Positions 24,801-31,809 of a DNA stretch of 64,000 bases are shown here, one piece after another. Position 1 is the first letter of the stretch, and the number at the start of each line of letters is the position of its first letter. The notes beneath the pieces are model-generated. The model was not told the DNA's origin. It searched no databases and saw nothing but the letters and a program-made list of their open reading frames with translations. The position numbers and the translations under genes are program-made. This stretch comes from an uncultured virus (IMG/VR IMGVR_UViG_3300025647_003907). Lineage: Duplodnaviria; Heunggongvirae; Uroviricota; Caudoviricetes. The DNA lies in IMG/VR virus record IMGVR_UViG_3300025647_003907, one strand, 5' to 3'.

Positions 24801-27800
24801 CAAGTACAAAGTATCAGTGTTGACCAACCAGGATATATGTACCAAACTGTGCCAGCAGTTACTATTACTCCGGCATCGCCTACTGCAGGAAACAATGCAG
24901 CAGCAACAGTTGCACTAGATACAACTACAGTGGGATTTGATGGTGTTGACGGCGATGGCGATGGATTCGATGCCGTTGCATTTGATACCGAAGGTGGTAT
25001 TGGTACATTTACTATCCTTGTAGAAGGCGATGGTTATACTTCGGCTCCGGTTGTTACTATTAGTGCACCAGACATTAGCGGTGGCACACAAGCAACCGCA
25101 TCTGCTACAGTTAGTGGAGAATCAGCACCGTTGTATGCTAACCAAGGACGTGTAACTTCTATTACAGTCACTGAACCAGGATCGGGATATACTACTGCGC
25201 CTACTGTAAGTATTGCTGCACCGGATTCGAGTATTAATCACGGCACTGGTGCAACTGCTACAGCAACACTAGACGACACGGCAGTTATTAGTATTACTGT
25301 TAGTAACGGCGGCAGTTATTATGATATTGCTCCAACTATTTCTATTGATCCTCCAACAACTGTTACTACAGCGACAGTAGATGCCATTGTAAGTGGCGGT
25401 GTTGTTACAGGATTTACTATTACTGACAACGGATGGGGTTACTTAGAAACACCAAGCATTACAATTAGTGCACCTGATGTTACACCAGTAACCGCAGCGT
25501 TTACAGCAAATTTAACTGGCGATGTAGTATCTTCGTTAACAATTGACACAGCAGGTGCAGGTTACTTAACAGCACCGACATTAAGTATTGCAGCAGATCC
25601 AAGCGTAGCAAATGACATTGCCACTGGTACTGCGGTAATGACAGACGGTAATGTTTTCAGCGTAACTATTGATAACCCGGGTGCAAACTATACGTCTGCG
25701 CCTCAGGTAACATTCAGTGCTTCAACTGGCACAGCCAGCCACGGTACAGGTGCTACTGCTACCGCTGTTGTAGTTAATGAGCAAGTTGTTGGAATTACAA
25801 TTACTAATGCTGGAACTGGATATGACCTAGCACCGGATGTGATTATTCAAGCACCAACACGTACTACAAGACAAGCAACAGGCACACCGGCTATCGTTGG
25901 TGGATCGGTTACTGGTATCACTATTACTGATCCAGGGTTTGGATATTTACGCACACCAACTGTTACAATTGGTAATCCGAGTGATATCGATCCAGATGCT
26001 GACATTGTTGGTGGCGAATTCATTGATGTATACAACTCGCATGCTCCAGAAGAATTAGTGCCGGGTGCTATTTTTGATACACTTGATCTTAAAGTATACA
26101 CACGTCCTGGATATGATTATTCCGGAAACGGACATGGTTTTGAATGTAAGAGTATTATATATACGAACCCAGGTACTGGAAACACCGTGTCATGGAGTGG
26201 GCTAGTTACCCATCCTTTGGAACTAATAGTTTATAATTCAACAACCGGAGTAAGATTGTATGAAGGAGCTCATTATTTAGTTAATTGGGTTGATAACACA
26301 ATACAGATTAACGACGGCTTAGGAACACTAGACGAAGTTAAGATTTTTGTGTATGGCATCGGTGGTGGTAATCAATTATTCCGCAACTCATATTATGGTG
26401 ATCAAATTTCTAATAAGATATTAACTGTAAGTGTTAATTATTCTGATATTGATAGCATGTTAATCCTAGTTAATGGTGAAGAAATTTCTTACACAGACGG
26501 TTCAAGTGCTGAAACATTTGGATACCAAGAAGGTAATTATGCTAGCGAAACTGTAATTACATTTAGCAATACATATACCAGTAGCGATTATATTAGCATT
26601 ACTATTTTTGGTACTAATCCAACAGAAGATGGATCAACATTGGTAGATTTAGGGTACAGCTACCCAGAAACACAGGTGTTTACATGTGACGGATCAACAA
26701 CATCATTTACATTAACTGGCAATATTAATGGTAAGAGCCAAGAAAATTTAATTGTTGAACACAATGGGTTAAGATTACAGCCAGCAACTGCTAAACGCCA
26801 TATCGGCGACGGATCAAGTATTACAACATATGAATTACCCGATGGTATGATAACTGGTATTGATATGGGCGAAGTTGATGCAGATGAAGTTGTTGTATAC
26901 GTTAACCAAATACGACAAGTTAGTGGTGTTAATTATCAACTTGACGCAGCAGATGGTAGCAGCACACGCACTATCAGTTTCTTAACTGAAGTACCGGGCC
27001 CATATGATATTATTGACATTTATGTTACTAAAGTTGACGGAGAAATAATCGAAGGTGTTCAACAAGGTAACCATGCAGGATACTCCATTGGTACTGACGA
27101 TAGTTCTGAAACATTAACTATTGCTACTGGATATGGAACCACACTAAATGCAGGGGACACCATCGCCGTAACAACATGGCATGACGTAAGAGAACAGGAT
27201 GTATTCACCCAAGTGTTTAAGGGCCCGGTTATTGTAACTGAGCCTACACGCGAATTGTTTGACGCTTATGGTTTTGATATGGACTTATTTGATAGAACAA
27301 CTGTTACTGGTGTTAGTGTTAACTTATATAATCTAGATACTATTATAGAAAATACTGATCGTGCTTGGGTTACATTAAACGGTCGCAGATTGTTACCGGG
27401 CCAAGATTATAGCGTATCTAGTAGCGGCACTACATTATTAATTGCCGGTGGCACATTAAATGTAAACGATGTTGTGGCAGTTACGTCATTTACAAATAGT
27501 GTTGTTCCGGATGCATTAGGATTCCGTGTCTTTAAAGACATGCGTGATAATGTTGCTGTATATAGAAATAATACCGGCAGTCAAACATTCCTGACACGCA
27601 CACTGAAATGGACAGACGATGCTATCTATGTTAACGATGCCAGTAAGTTAGGTACACCAAACTTAAATGCTGCAATTTTTGGTATTTTAGAAATTAACGG
27701 CGAACGTATTACATATCGAGATGTTGATTTAGTTAACAATACAGTGAGCGGATTACGTAGAGGAACAGCAGGCACAGGCATGCACCGTGAACATGCAGTA

Positions 27801-28121
27801 AATTCGTTGGTTACGGATTTAGGTCGAGGTCAAGCATATAATCCAACATTTAGTACATTAAATTGGCAGAAAAATACAGAATACACTGCTGGTACAATTG
27901 TAAAAAATGGATTAAGATATTATCGAGCAAAAATTAATGTTCCTGCATCTGCTGGAGATATTACCGACAATGATTACAAATATCCAACAATAACTGTATT
28001 TGATGATGCTTATTGGGAAGTATACGACGAGAGTTGGTATGCACAAGGAACAACAACTGCAAGCAATGGTGTTGCATTACAACAACAAACAACTACTGCT
28101 GCTAGTTTCCTAAAAGGGTGA
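12816..28121 (+). CDS. Giant (5101 aa) baseplate/receptor-binding structural protein in the gp7-like position, with FG-GAP propeller-like repeats, CBM5/12-like modules and GxGY-TxAP beta repeats
   Basis: Single uninterrupted ORF after the gp6-like gene. FG...GAP repeats at about 19.3-21.4 kb. Three W-x5-Y-x4-[IL]V-x-[YN]-x3-Y modules at about 18087, 23694 and 27864. Sixteen ITxxxxGxGYxxAPxVTI units. Confidence 0.75.
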   Translation: MARIRSVDFLPEIFRTDVNREFLNATLDQLTQQPKLKRTQGYIGRRFGPGVSLGDSYLLESSALRTNYQLEPGVVFTNNDNDVEDVITYPGIIDALAVKGANVTRHDRLFASETYSWNPLIDFDKFINYGQYYWLPEGPDAVDVRATTVAVVDDFDVTTVNGSYNLSTVAGSNPTLTLVRGGTYTFNVNQESGFWIQSEAGVDGTLNYSPNINSRNVLGVVNNGDNVGTVTFNVPTADAQQFYYDLTDIGQVDLATLARFDSVNHQQVSEFTGIDGITDLEGRTIVFINPQEGDSEDLGWQRVGLYDNDNNPYDESTFEETVYLDTREERYSIFRVTYVRPNGSTDDGAYIELIAVDTISTDEKFIIGYGAEYSNRSFYKNASGFIEEIPLLTAANDVLYYQDGNTANQFGVIKLVDQEGSESLDIADILDKQTYTSPNGVTLTNGLKIKFQGTTNPETYSGNEYYVEGVGESIKLVMVTDLVTPDTYVNNVSGTNNAPQDLDYLTIKRSSLDLNPWTRSNRWFHIDVVNATAEYNNTIVDLDNAYRAKRPIIEFDAGTRLYNFGTEATNPIDVIDFNATDALSNIHGSAGYSIDGYSLTDGSRVVFAADTDPEVRNKIYTVQIVDPDDDSTAYGEIINLYPAEDDVILADQVVFCTSGLTQTGKHYVFNGISWTVAQEKTAVNQAPLFDIFDADGYSYSNTYVYPSTTFTGSKLFSYKTGTSSTVDPVLGFSLTYLNIDNIGDIVFDNNQYTDTFVYVVDSASVNGATKNGFARKYTSHTEYSTEIGWTTSADRNWSRQVFTYEYAGAPLSLDVTPRTDLSIPAIKVYINNKFVNPSTYSTNVFDGQTFVVFDQGIASIGDLVQVKVISKTSSTVAYYEVPSNLESNIFSENSSTFTLGTIRNHYNRLVENVNGFSGEINGANNLRDQGYVPSYGDVIVQHSAPVAPAAFFLRNAEYDFFNSLDYNAKQYEKFKNQILNWVENNETYGLTAAEILDTALADINNGKSSNSTYYWSDMIPFGGDYAETTYTVSVISTRNYNTINVYDFTTANSFGLLVYRNNVLLRKDSHYVVATDGPRITLTFDADIGDEIVIREYASTYGSYVPETPTKLGLFPRFDPAIYEDDTYVTPRNVIQGHDGSITIAFNDVRDDVLLEFENRIYSNLKSLDSGDVPLTTCDVIPGKFRETDYTDQEVSEILAEGLLNWVGWHKLDYKTQSYDAANEFTWNYSAASSRLDGSLLKGGWRGIYKYYYDTDRPHTHPWEMLGITDEPSWWEDRYGPAPWTSGNLVMWEDLEVGYINEPGNERYDSRFVRPGLTSIIPVDSEGNLQDPMATLVADFNQTDLKKSWVAGDIGPVEAAWRRSSNWPFAVQKLFALTKPAEYFSLMVDCDRYKYSNSIGQYVYDGRQRLDIRDVEIFDVANPKHSYINWIVEYNRSIGIESSEELDNDMSNVDVRLCYRIAGFTDKKYLKIFTDKSSPDSSNTSLLIPDESYSVLLYKNQPFGDLQYSSVMVQKTDRGYAVYGNSQTEAYFRILQSSIGGDYETINFGSNRYRLPRSFTNRVVRVPYGYTFTNINSVIDFLASYGEFLKSSGLIFEDIENNYTLNWAQMSNEFLYWANQGWSTGSLINLNPAANQLQYQRARAVVDDLGNLAINEQPLDQNRQPLLKRDYAVTRLDNNFKLTSLAADKSISYLRLRATAYEHVLVFDNVSIFNDLMYQPVTGLRQQRLRIDGYKTFEWNGQLDAQGFILNQDNVATWNANQSYNKGDIVKYKNAYWTAAIKIQPSEEFDFDQWSKVDYDNFSKGLLPNINNKADQMRNYYNNAVANLESDADLLGLGLTGFRTRDYLEALNLDDISQVQIYGNLIRQKGTPANAKLFQGVEFDKEQAEYDIYENWAIKRATYGANDNKRFVEFALNKESLRANPSTIEIGFIGDDSDADQFIAVDAIYKQSIKNTTRNILPELTESLTDTNLPTAGFVNTDDVNIVLFDLSDLSAINNRLNEVRDGTHIWVARSNVYDWNVYRCDSISPDLVTVIDNLNGTLSLIFNEPTGLSVNDIIVIKQFSTNVNGAHRVKKINDATSIIIDGVISGNESTLSGLGIAFKLVTARLDQASDAVNSEFNTRLFEGDKIWVNSDINGKWKVYEKRVPFSLSQSQIPPGAASNIGFGTSATQGLNGSGCIVGAPEYFSGIGGLFCYNKDNNEYSFNRVVADINGVESLGNSIAMATNYAVAGAKETENSEGAAVVIYRNPAQNLFLEYQVLILPDADRDAAGAEFGYDVTISEDERWIYASAIGIGKVYAFNRVDYQDQSARFTTDGNTASYDLTDYIEVDNKTQITVTVNGVALADSEYNLISNILSINDVPDPGATVEVARKSSVGATGDGSTTTFTEVTQLYTAIDEESVQVYVNNVLQRPYYDYSFNIDSTVAIDFAVAPPEDSAIIFRAEHYYRYVDTITGSTSEGFGESIVTTSDGQQLVIGAPTATNGSLQNSGKSYVYERTVERFIVTNSATKVYSPYRTISDTNSVHINNVHQLNSINNVGNETYTINETTNKVTFSAGISLYVGDKIDIDINTFQLVQTLTLDNNNQGAYFGEAQSICRTDCSLYISAPKDNWVLPEAGSVTRFLNRSRVFGTITGTESNPTITVGHSIRIDNQDVFFTNTTVEQVAQDINDAIIPNVQASVNSAGQLVIGVINTDEAPILSKVTVMPGIGTAFDDLGLDPFENVQVITSPAPNEYDHFGSSVHVDYSSTNLVVGANRAISRIPTTFNKNLTETVFDSDTTRFIDTVDESGAVYTFDLLPSSSYTVPGKFVFGQQVYDAQISEHDQFGTAVNFTDNLLIVTSPGYDTAVENIGRLVVFENPTRSQAWQVIQTQPTVVDSRLTNYLYIYSKDTELVNVYLDFIDPINGKLLGPIKQNLDYIGAVNPAVYNAGSAGSGIYWAKDHVGKLWWDTAQIRYLNYNQEDIVYSSKNWGQLFPGSSVDVYEWVESAVPPNQYTGPGTVRSNTEFSAVSGLDATRTVATRYYFWVKNRTSTNRAANKTLSARAIASYIENPQASGIPYAALIRKNVVALYNVDDYISDNYDSVLHIEYNRTLTDNNVFVEYDLIRENYANDFLPDLLYRKLQDSLCGVDVIGNKVPDFLLSPTDKYGVEFRPRKSLFQNKFAALKTYIDKANLLIIDHPFSELRTFNLLTAQEPIPTSSSNAWDAIVADMTELGYQNLAVAGVGYRYLVEVDDTNNGLWTIYEVNSSLGLDLVRVQSYDTNRYWDYTNWYATGYNALVKPSRIVDTYSELLTLFPSEGTVIKVKTNSDGKWELYAYLSNVWERVGLEDGTVQFKKSLYDYTIDRYGFDSEVFDTQYFDQEPTLELRQIIRSINEEFLIGEFLDHRNQLLISMFNYILAEQGRVEWLYKTSLIDVNHKIRNLEEYAIYRKDNQDFVLDYINESKPYHVKIKEFLLRYEGIDTIDGMVMDFDVPAAYDSTYSKFVSPILDDDIAVLETDVSNRKTADAVWDTIPWTHWYDNRLLTIDRIVVTNGGSGYTVVPQVTISGDAITSATATATINEAGEVSAITLVTYGSGYRSTPTITISGGNGSGAVATPYMKQELVRNLNTTIKYDRYEYESQIVDWEASTVYDENQLVRYNDRVYRAINADGSTASDTSFDPAEYQIVAASTLSGVDRTTGFYVADVNEPGLDLALLIDGLDYPGVQLRGPEFGANTGFDIGNFDINLFDNLDYGPEGLPTYSESILDNEIFTSFTGSYVGVDLSGIEAVQALATATVNTGTTEISEITVTELGKGYSADVPPTVTISAPRDNITAAALATIDFATLTVDDIAVTSSGFGYISVPSVSIVAQPNTPGETATGFALISSGSVTGVTLSNNGSGYTSPPTVTFADPPSVAIARATATANALNSTGGVTATTITNGGNSYTSAPAVTVTDPPASVTATATAAIAGYELDTVTLDLAGNYYSVAPTVTVAAPTAIVAQATATATIGGDQVQSISVDQPGYMYQTVPAVTITPASPTAGNNAAATVALDTTTVGFDGVDGDGDGFDAVAFDTEGGIGTFTILVEGDGYTSAPVVTISAPDISGGTQATASATVSGESAPLYANQGRVTSITVTEPGSGYTTAPTVSIAAPDSSINHGTGATATATLDDTAVISITVSNGGSYYDIAPTISIDPPTTVTTATVDAIVSGGVVTGFTITDNGWGYLETPSITISAPDVTPVTAAFTANLTGDVVSSLTIDTAGAGYLTAPTLSIAADPSVANDIATGTAVMTDGNVFSVTIDNPGANYTSAPQVTFSASTGTASHGTGATATAVVVNEQVVGITITNAGTGYDLAPDVIIQAPTRTTRQATGTPAIVGGSVTGITITDPGFGYLRTPTVTIGNPSDIDPDADIVGGEFIDVYNSHAPEELVPGAIFDTLDLKVYTRPGYDYSGNGHGFECKSIIYTNPGTGNTVSWSGLVTHPLELIVYNSTTGVRLYEGAHYLVNWVDNTIQINDGLGTLDEVKIFVYGIGGGNQLFRNSYYGDQISNKILTVSVNYSDIDSMLILVNGEEISYTDGSSAETFGYQEGNYASETVITFSNTYTSSDYISITIFGTNPTEDGSTLVDLGYSYPETQVFTCDGSTTSFTLTGNINGKSQENLIVEHNGLRLQPATAKRHIGDGSSITTYELPDGMITGIDMGEVDADEVVVYVNQIRQVSGVNYQLDAADGSSTRTISFLTEVPGPYDIIDIYVTKVDGEIIEGVQQGNHAGYSIGTDDSSETLTIATGYGTTLNAGDTIAVTTWHDVREQDVFTQVFKGPVIVTEPTRELFDAYGFDMDLFDRTTVTGVSVNLYNLDTIIENTDRAWVTLNGRRLLPGQDYSVSSSGTTLLIAGGTLNVNDVVAVTSFTNSVVPDALGFRVFKDMRDNVAVYRNNTGSQTFLTRTLKWTDDAIYVNDASKLGTPNLNAAIFGILEINGERITYRDVDLVNNTVSGLRRGTAGTGMHREHAVNSLVTDLGRGQAYNPTFSTLNWQKNTEYTAGTIVKNGLRYYRAKINVPASAGDITDNDYKYPTITVFDDAYWEVYDESWYAQGTTTASNGVALQQQTTTAASFLKG
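24120..25980 (+). repeat. Block of 14 tandem coding repeats of about 40-45 aa (ATATA...V..IT....G.GY...P.VTI..P)
   Basis: Cores counted in the translation: ELGKGY, SSGFGY, NNGSGY, NGGNSY, LAGNYY, QPGYMY, VEGDGY, EPGSGY, NGGSYY, DNGWGY, TAGAGY, NPGANY, NAGTGY, DPGFGY. Confidence 0.9.
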
Positions 28122-28133
28122 TGGTACAGGTTG

Positions 28134-28141
28134 TATAAATA
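28134..28141 (+). promoter_or_regulatory. T4-like late promoter TATAAATA
   Basis: Exact match to the T4 late consensus in the short gap upstream of the 28148 ORF. Confidence 0.65.
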
Positions 28142-28147
28142 ATAAAA

Positions 28148-28807
28148 ATGCAAAACACAAACGCACAGCAAGAAACAAAAATGGATAGCAAAGAAACAAA
28201 ACCTAACGAGTCAAGTACAGTAAATATTCAAGGTCATATTAAGATCTTTGATCCTAATACCAAAGAAGTGTTTATTGACAAACGTAATGCTATTCATTAC
28301 GAAAATATGAGCGAGGCCCTGGCACAAAGCCTTGCTAACAAAAACTTAGGTTACATTTATCAAATGAGTTTTGGAAATGGCGGAACTAGTGTTGATCCAA
28401 CTGGTGTAATTACATATTTGCCACCAAACAGCACTGGTCAAAATGCTGATCTTTATAACGAAACTTACAGTAAAGTAGTTGACGACAATAGCTCGACAAA
28501 CACCGACACAAGTCGTAATAATTTAACAGTGTTACATACTTCGGGTCGTGTATATACAGATATTCTTGTTAGTTGTTTGCTTGATTACGGCGAACCGCTA
28601 GGTCAACAAGCATTTGATAACAGCACGAACCTCAATGGCGAATATGTGTTTGATGAATTAGGATTAAAATCGTGGAACGGTTCAGCAAGTGATTTAAAAT
28701 TAATCACACATGTAATCTTCCACCCGGTTCAAAAATCATTGAACAGACAGATACAAATTGATTACACAATCCGTATCCAAACATTGACGAATTTAAGCGC
28801 AGCATAA
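28148..28807 (+). CDS. Baseplate / tail-fibre attachment structural protein
   Basis: GHIKIFD...KRNAI...MSFGNGG...LDYGEP...FDELGL...LITHVIFHPVQKS resembles tail-collar/fibre-base domains. Alternative start at 28181. Confidence 0.6.
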   Translation: MQNTNAQQETKMDSKETKPNESSTVNIQGHIKIFDPNTKEVFIDKRNAIHYENMSEALAQSLANKNLGYIYQMSFGNGGTSVDPTGVITYLPPNSTGQNADLYNETYSKVVDDNSSTNTDTSRNNLTVLHTSGRVYTDILVSCLLDYGEPLGQQAFDNSTNLNGEYVFDELGLKSWNGSASDLKLITHVIFHPVQKSLNRQIQIDYTIRIQTLTNLSAA

Positions 28808-28827
28808 TATGCGTAGATTAAAAGATT

Positions 28828-28835
28828 GATAAATA
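28828..28835 (+). promoter_or_regulatory. Putative late promoter (GATAAATA)
   Basis: Intergenic, about 28 nt upstream of the ATG at 28863, with GGAG in between. Confidence 0.5.
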
Positions 28836-28862
28836 AGTTTAAAGAATTGGAGTTAGTCACAA

Positions 28863-30347
28863 ATGGCTTATACTATTAACAAAACAGACGGTACAGTTTT
28901 TGCTTCAGTAGCAGACGGTACAGTGAACACATCATCAAGCATTACTATTATTGGTAAGAACTATGCTGGTTATGGTGAGTTTTTAGGCGAAAACTTTATT
29001 AAACTATTAGAAAATAGTGCAAATAGTACAGCGCCAAGTGCACCGCTACGTGGTCAAATGTGGTTTGACACAGGTAACGGGTTGTTAAAAGTTTATAACG
29101 GCACAACCTGGAAAAATCTAGGTGCTGCAACTTCGAGCTCAAGTCAACCAACTAGCAACGTTGCTGGTGATTTATGGTTTGACTCGACTAACAGTCAGTT
29201 AAAAGTATATGATGGATCAGCATTTATTTTGGTAGGACCAGCGTTTACAGCTGGTACTGGTACTTCTGGTGCGATTGTTGACACAATTACAGACACTGGC
29301 GCCACTGATCACGTTGTTGTTAAACTATTTGTTGAAGACACAATTGTTGCGATGGTTAGCAAAGATGCTACATTTACACCAGGCAGTTCAGTTGACGGAA
29401 GTTGGGGTTTGCAGTCAATTAAACCAGGTATTCAACTAAGCACAGCAGTTTCAAATTCTTATTTCCAAGGTACTGCAACTAATGCAGATACACTTGACAA
29501 CTTAAATAGCACTGATTTCTTAAGTGCAATTGGAAACGATAGCACAACTGGATCACTTTATGTGTTAAACGACACAGGTTTCCGTGTTGGTGCTGACCAA
29601 GATTATCGCATTAGTGTCAGCGGTTCGGATGTAACTGTACAAAATGCTAATGTCGACGGCGATATTATTTTCCGTGTAAATGATAATAGTGTGGTAACCA
29701 CTGTTATGACATTAGATGGTGCAACAAGCCGCGTAATTTTAGCAGGCGATCCAACCGCAGCATTAGGTGCTGCAACCAAACAATATGTTGATTCGGCTGT
29801 AAGTGTAAGTGGCGATCTGCTTAAAAGAGACGGTACCAATACAATCGCTGGAAATATTTTACCAGATGGCAATAATACACGTAATTTTGGCGCATCAGGT
29901 ACACGTTTTAATACAATTTATGCAACTACATTTAATGGTACATCAACAACAGCACAATACGCTGACTTAGCAGAACGCTTTGAATCAGATTATGCATATG
30001 AATCGGGTACTGTTGTAGAATTAGGTGGTGTTGCTGAAATCACTAAAGCTGTTGACGAATTAAGCGAAAACGTTTTTGGTGTTATCTCGGACCGCGCTGC
30101 ATATTTAATGAATGCAAACGCAGGCAATGATGCTACACACCCTCCCGTTGCAATGAACGGACGTGTGCCAGTTAAAGTTATTGGACCGGTTAACAAAGGC
30201 GATCGCCTAGTTAGCGCAGGTAACGGCTTTGCTAGAGCAGCACAAGACGGTGAAGCAACAGCACGCAATATCATTGGACGTGCGCTAAATACTAAAGAGA
30301 CAACAGGCGAAGGCACCGTAGAAGCAGTCGTTAAAATTAATTTTTAA
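28863..30347 (+). CDS. Tail fibre/spike protein with a C-terminal intramolecular chaperone (peptidase G2/IMC-like) domain
   Basis: N-terminal GKNYAGYGE...ENFIKLLEN with GQMWFD/GDLWFD repeats; fibre motif AATKQYVD; C-terminal YADLAERF...GTVV...GVIS...GRVPVKV.G...KGDRLVS. Confidence 0.75.
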   Translation: MAYTINKTDGTVFASVADGTVNTSSSITIIGKNYAGYGEFLGENFIKLLENSANSTAPSAPLRGQMWFDTGNGLLKVYNGTTWKNLGAATSSSSQPTSNVAGDLWFDSTNSQLKVYDGSAFILVGPAFTAGTGTSGAIVDTITDTGATDHVVVKLFVEDTIVAMVSKDATFTPGSSVDGSWGLQSIKPGIQLSTAVSNSYFQGTATNADTLDNLNSTDFLSAIGNDSTTGSLYVLNDTGFRVGADQDYRISVSGSDVTVQNANVDGDIIFRVNDNSVVTTVMTLDGATSRVILAGDPTAALGAATKQYVDSAVSVSGDLLKRDGTNTIAGNILPDGNNTRNFGASGTRFNTIYATTFNGTSTTAQYADLAERFESDYAYESGTVVELGGVAEITKAVDELSENVFGVISDRAAYLMNANAGNDATHPPVAMNGRVPVKVIGPVNKGDRLVSAGNGFARAAQDGEATARNIIGRALNTKETTGEGTVEAVVKINF

Positions 30348-30428
30348 AATAAGAAGACTACAATCAATCCCAGCCATAACACATGTATGGCGTTGATAAC
30401 AGTCAACTAATACAAAGGGAAACTAAAA

Positions 30429-31427
30429 ATGGCATACGCATCAGGCGATACTATTCTAGACGACCACTATAACATTTTTGTTCAAGGTGGTGCATCAGCA
30501 GTAGATCATAATACCTCAAACGTTAATACAGTTTGGGGTACAGCAGCAACCGGTGACAAAGGTTACGGACAAAGCGGCAATCTTTCAACAGTAAGTGCTG
30601 GCACAACAATTACAGCCACACAGTGGGTAAATCTGTTAAACCGTGTTAGCACACTCGCTAATCACCAAGGTACTTCAATTACAGCAATTACAAATCCAAC
30701 TACAGGTAATACAATTAGTGCGTATACAGCATTAAGTGGAAATATTTCAAGCGTTTTTGCAAATAGAGGTAATGCTGCTGCAAATGGTTCAGATATTACT
30801 ACTAACGGAACACGCACTAGTACAACAACCTGGGATGTTAGTGCTACAATTACACGCACAGTGACATTTGGCAGTGCAGCACAAGCACGTTACTTCTTCA
30901 ACGCAGGTGGCATGATTCGTATTTCAAATTCACTAACAGGTACTTCAGGTGATGCTAAATCACTGGAATGGGCAGACTTGCTATCACAGTGCGGAACAAT
31001 TGTTACCACAGGCGGTACAGCAACACAATCAATTGCTGGTACTAGCTACACAGGTACTACAAAAGTTGGCGGTTCTGGTACAGTAAATACCCTGACCACT
31101 ACTACTGGTTATTATGATTTAACACCAGGTGGCGCAGCAACTACCATTTTCCGCCAATACGCTGACTCAGCGCCATATACAGCAAACTATGTTACAATTA
31201 CCATGGCACTAAATGCTGCATCAGACACATTAACATATGTTATCACACTAACTGATGCTGCGGCCGATACTGTTGCTCCAGATGGGTCAGGGTCAGGCGA
31301 CGCACTTGACGTTGTAGATGGCACACTATCTAACATTATGGTAGTACGTCCGCCTAGCACAACATATTTGACAAACACCTGGGGCACACCAGCAATGAAC
31401 GCTGCTTCATGGTCGATGTCTAGCTAA
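30429..31427 (+). CDS. Thr/Gly/Ser-rich virion structural protein (putative fibre)
   Basis: MAY start as in the upstream fibre; GYGQ...ITATQW and ARYFFNAGG motifs; last gene before the terminator. Confidence 0.55.
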   Translation: MAYASGDTILDDHYNIFVQGGASAVDHNTSNVNTVWGTAATGDKGYGQSGNLSTVSAGTTITATQWVNLLNRVSTLANHQGTSITAITNPTTGNTISAYTALSGNISSVFANRGNAAANGSDITTNGTRTSTTTWDVSATITRTVTFGSAAQARYFFNAGGMIRISNSLTGTSGDAKSLEWADLLSQCGTIVTTGGTATQSIAGTSYTGTTKVGGSGTVNTLTTTTGYYDLTPGGAATTIFRQYADSAPYTANYVTITMALNAASDTLTYVITLTDAAADTVAPDGSGSGDALDVVDGTLSNIMVVRPPSTTYLTNTWGTPAMNAASWSMSS

Positions 31428-31450
31428 TAAGCTAACACTTATTACACCAA

Positions 31451-31476
31451 AAAGCCCCGCAAGGGGCTTTATTTTT
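31451..31476 (+). terminator. Rho-independent terminator
   Basis: AAAGCCCC-GCAA-GGGGCTTT perfect 8-bp stem with a GNRA tetraloop, followed by ATTTTT, directly after the structural module. Confidence 0.9.
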
Positions 31477-31503
31477 GATATATAATCGTGTATAATACCC
31501 CTT

Positions 31504-31809
31504 ATGGATACTGAAAATATTATCAAACAATCACGAGCTAGATTTGATCATAATCAAGCCAGGCAAATTCTACGTGAAAAATACGAAGCCAAGATGTTGT
31601 TTGCGTACAACGGTGGTATGTGGCGTGCTGGCCCAGAATTACTAATGACTATTGCAGTGTGTCCGGATGAAGACGCTGTGTTAATTGACGAATATGGAAA
31701 TCCTGTGCAAATTAACACACTGGAACTTGAACTACTAGCACAGCAGCGTTGGCAAGAGCAAATGAATGGGTGGTTAAATGAATTTCAAGAACTCAGCCGT
31801 AAAAGGTAA
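31504..31809 (+). CDS. Hypothetical protein (possible fibre-assembly chaperone)
   Basis: 101-aa ORF filling the gap after the terminator; the function is suggested by position only. Confidence 0.5.
   Translation: MDTENIIKQSRARFDHNQARQILREKYEAKMLFAYNGGMWRAGPELLMTIAVCPDEDAVLIDEYGNPVQINTLELELLAQQRWQEQMNGWLNEFQELSRKR

Noticed and set aside
12816..28121. Intein or intron explaining the size of the 5101-aa ORF
   Set aside because: No intein splice motifs or homing endonuclease motifs were noticed; the length is accounted for by structural repeats.
70..31387. Numerous short - strand and off-frame ORFs in the structural region (e.g. 8092..8658, 4253..4594, 20576..20953)
   Set aside because: They are shadows of long + strand genes, with antisense-type composition and no recognisable motifs.
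1..31427. Bacterial T6SS or extracellular contractile injection system rather than a phage
   Set aside because: No T6SS membrane complex or ClpV genes. T4-like late promoter boxes, a head completion nuclease, thyA/folA and phage-style gene packing point to a phage genome.
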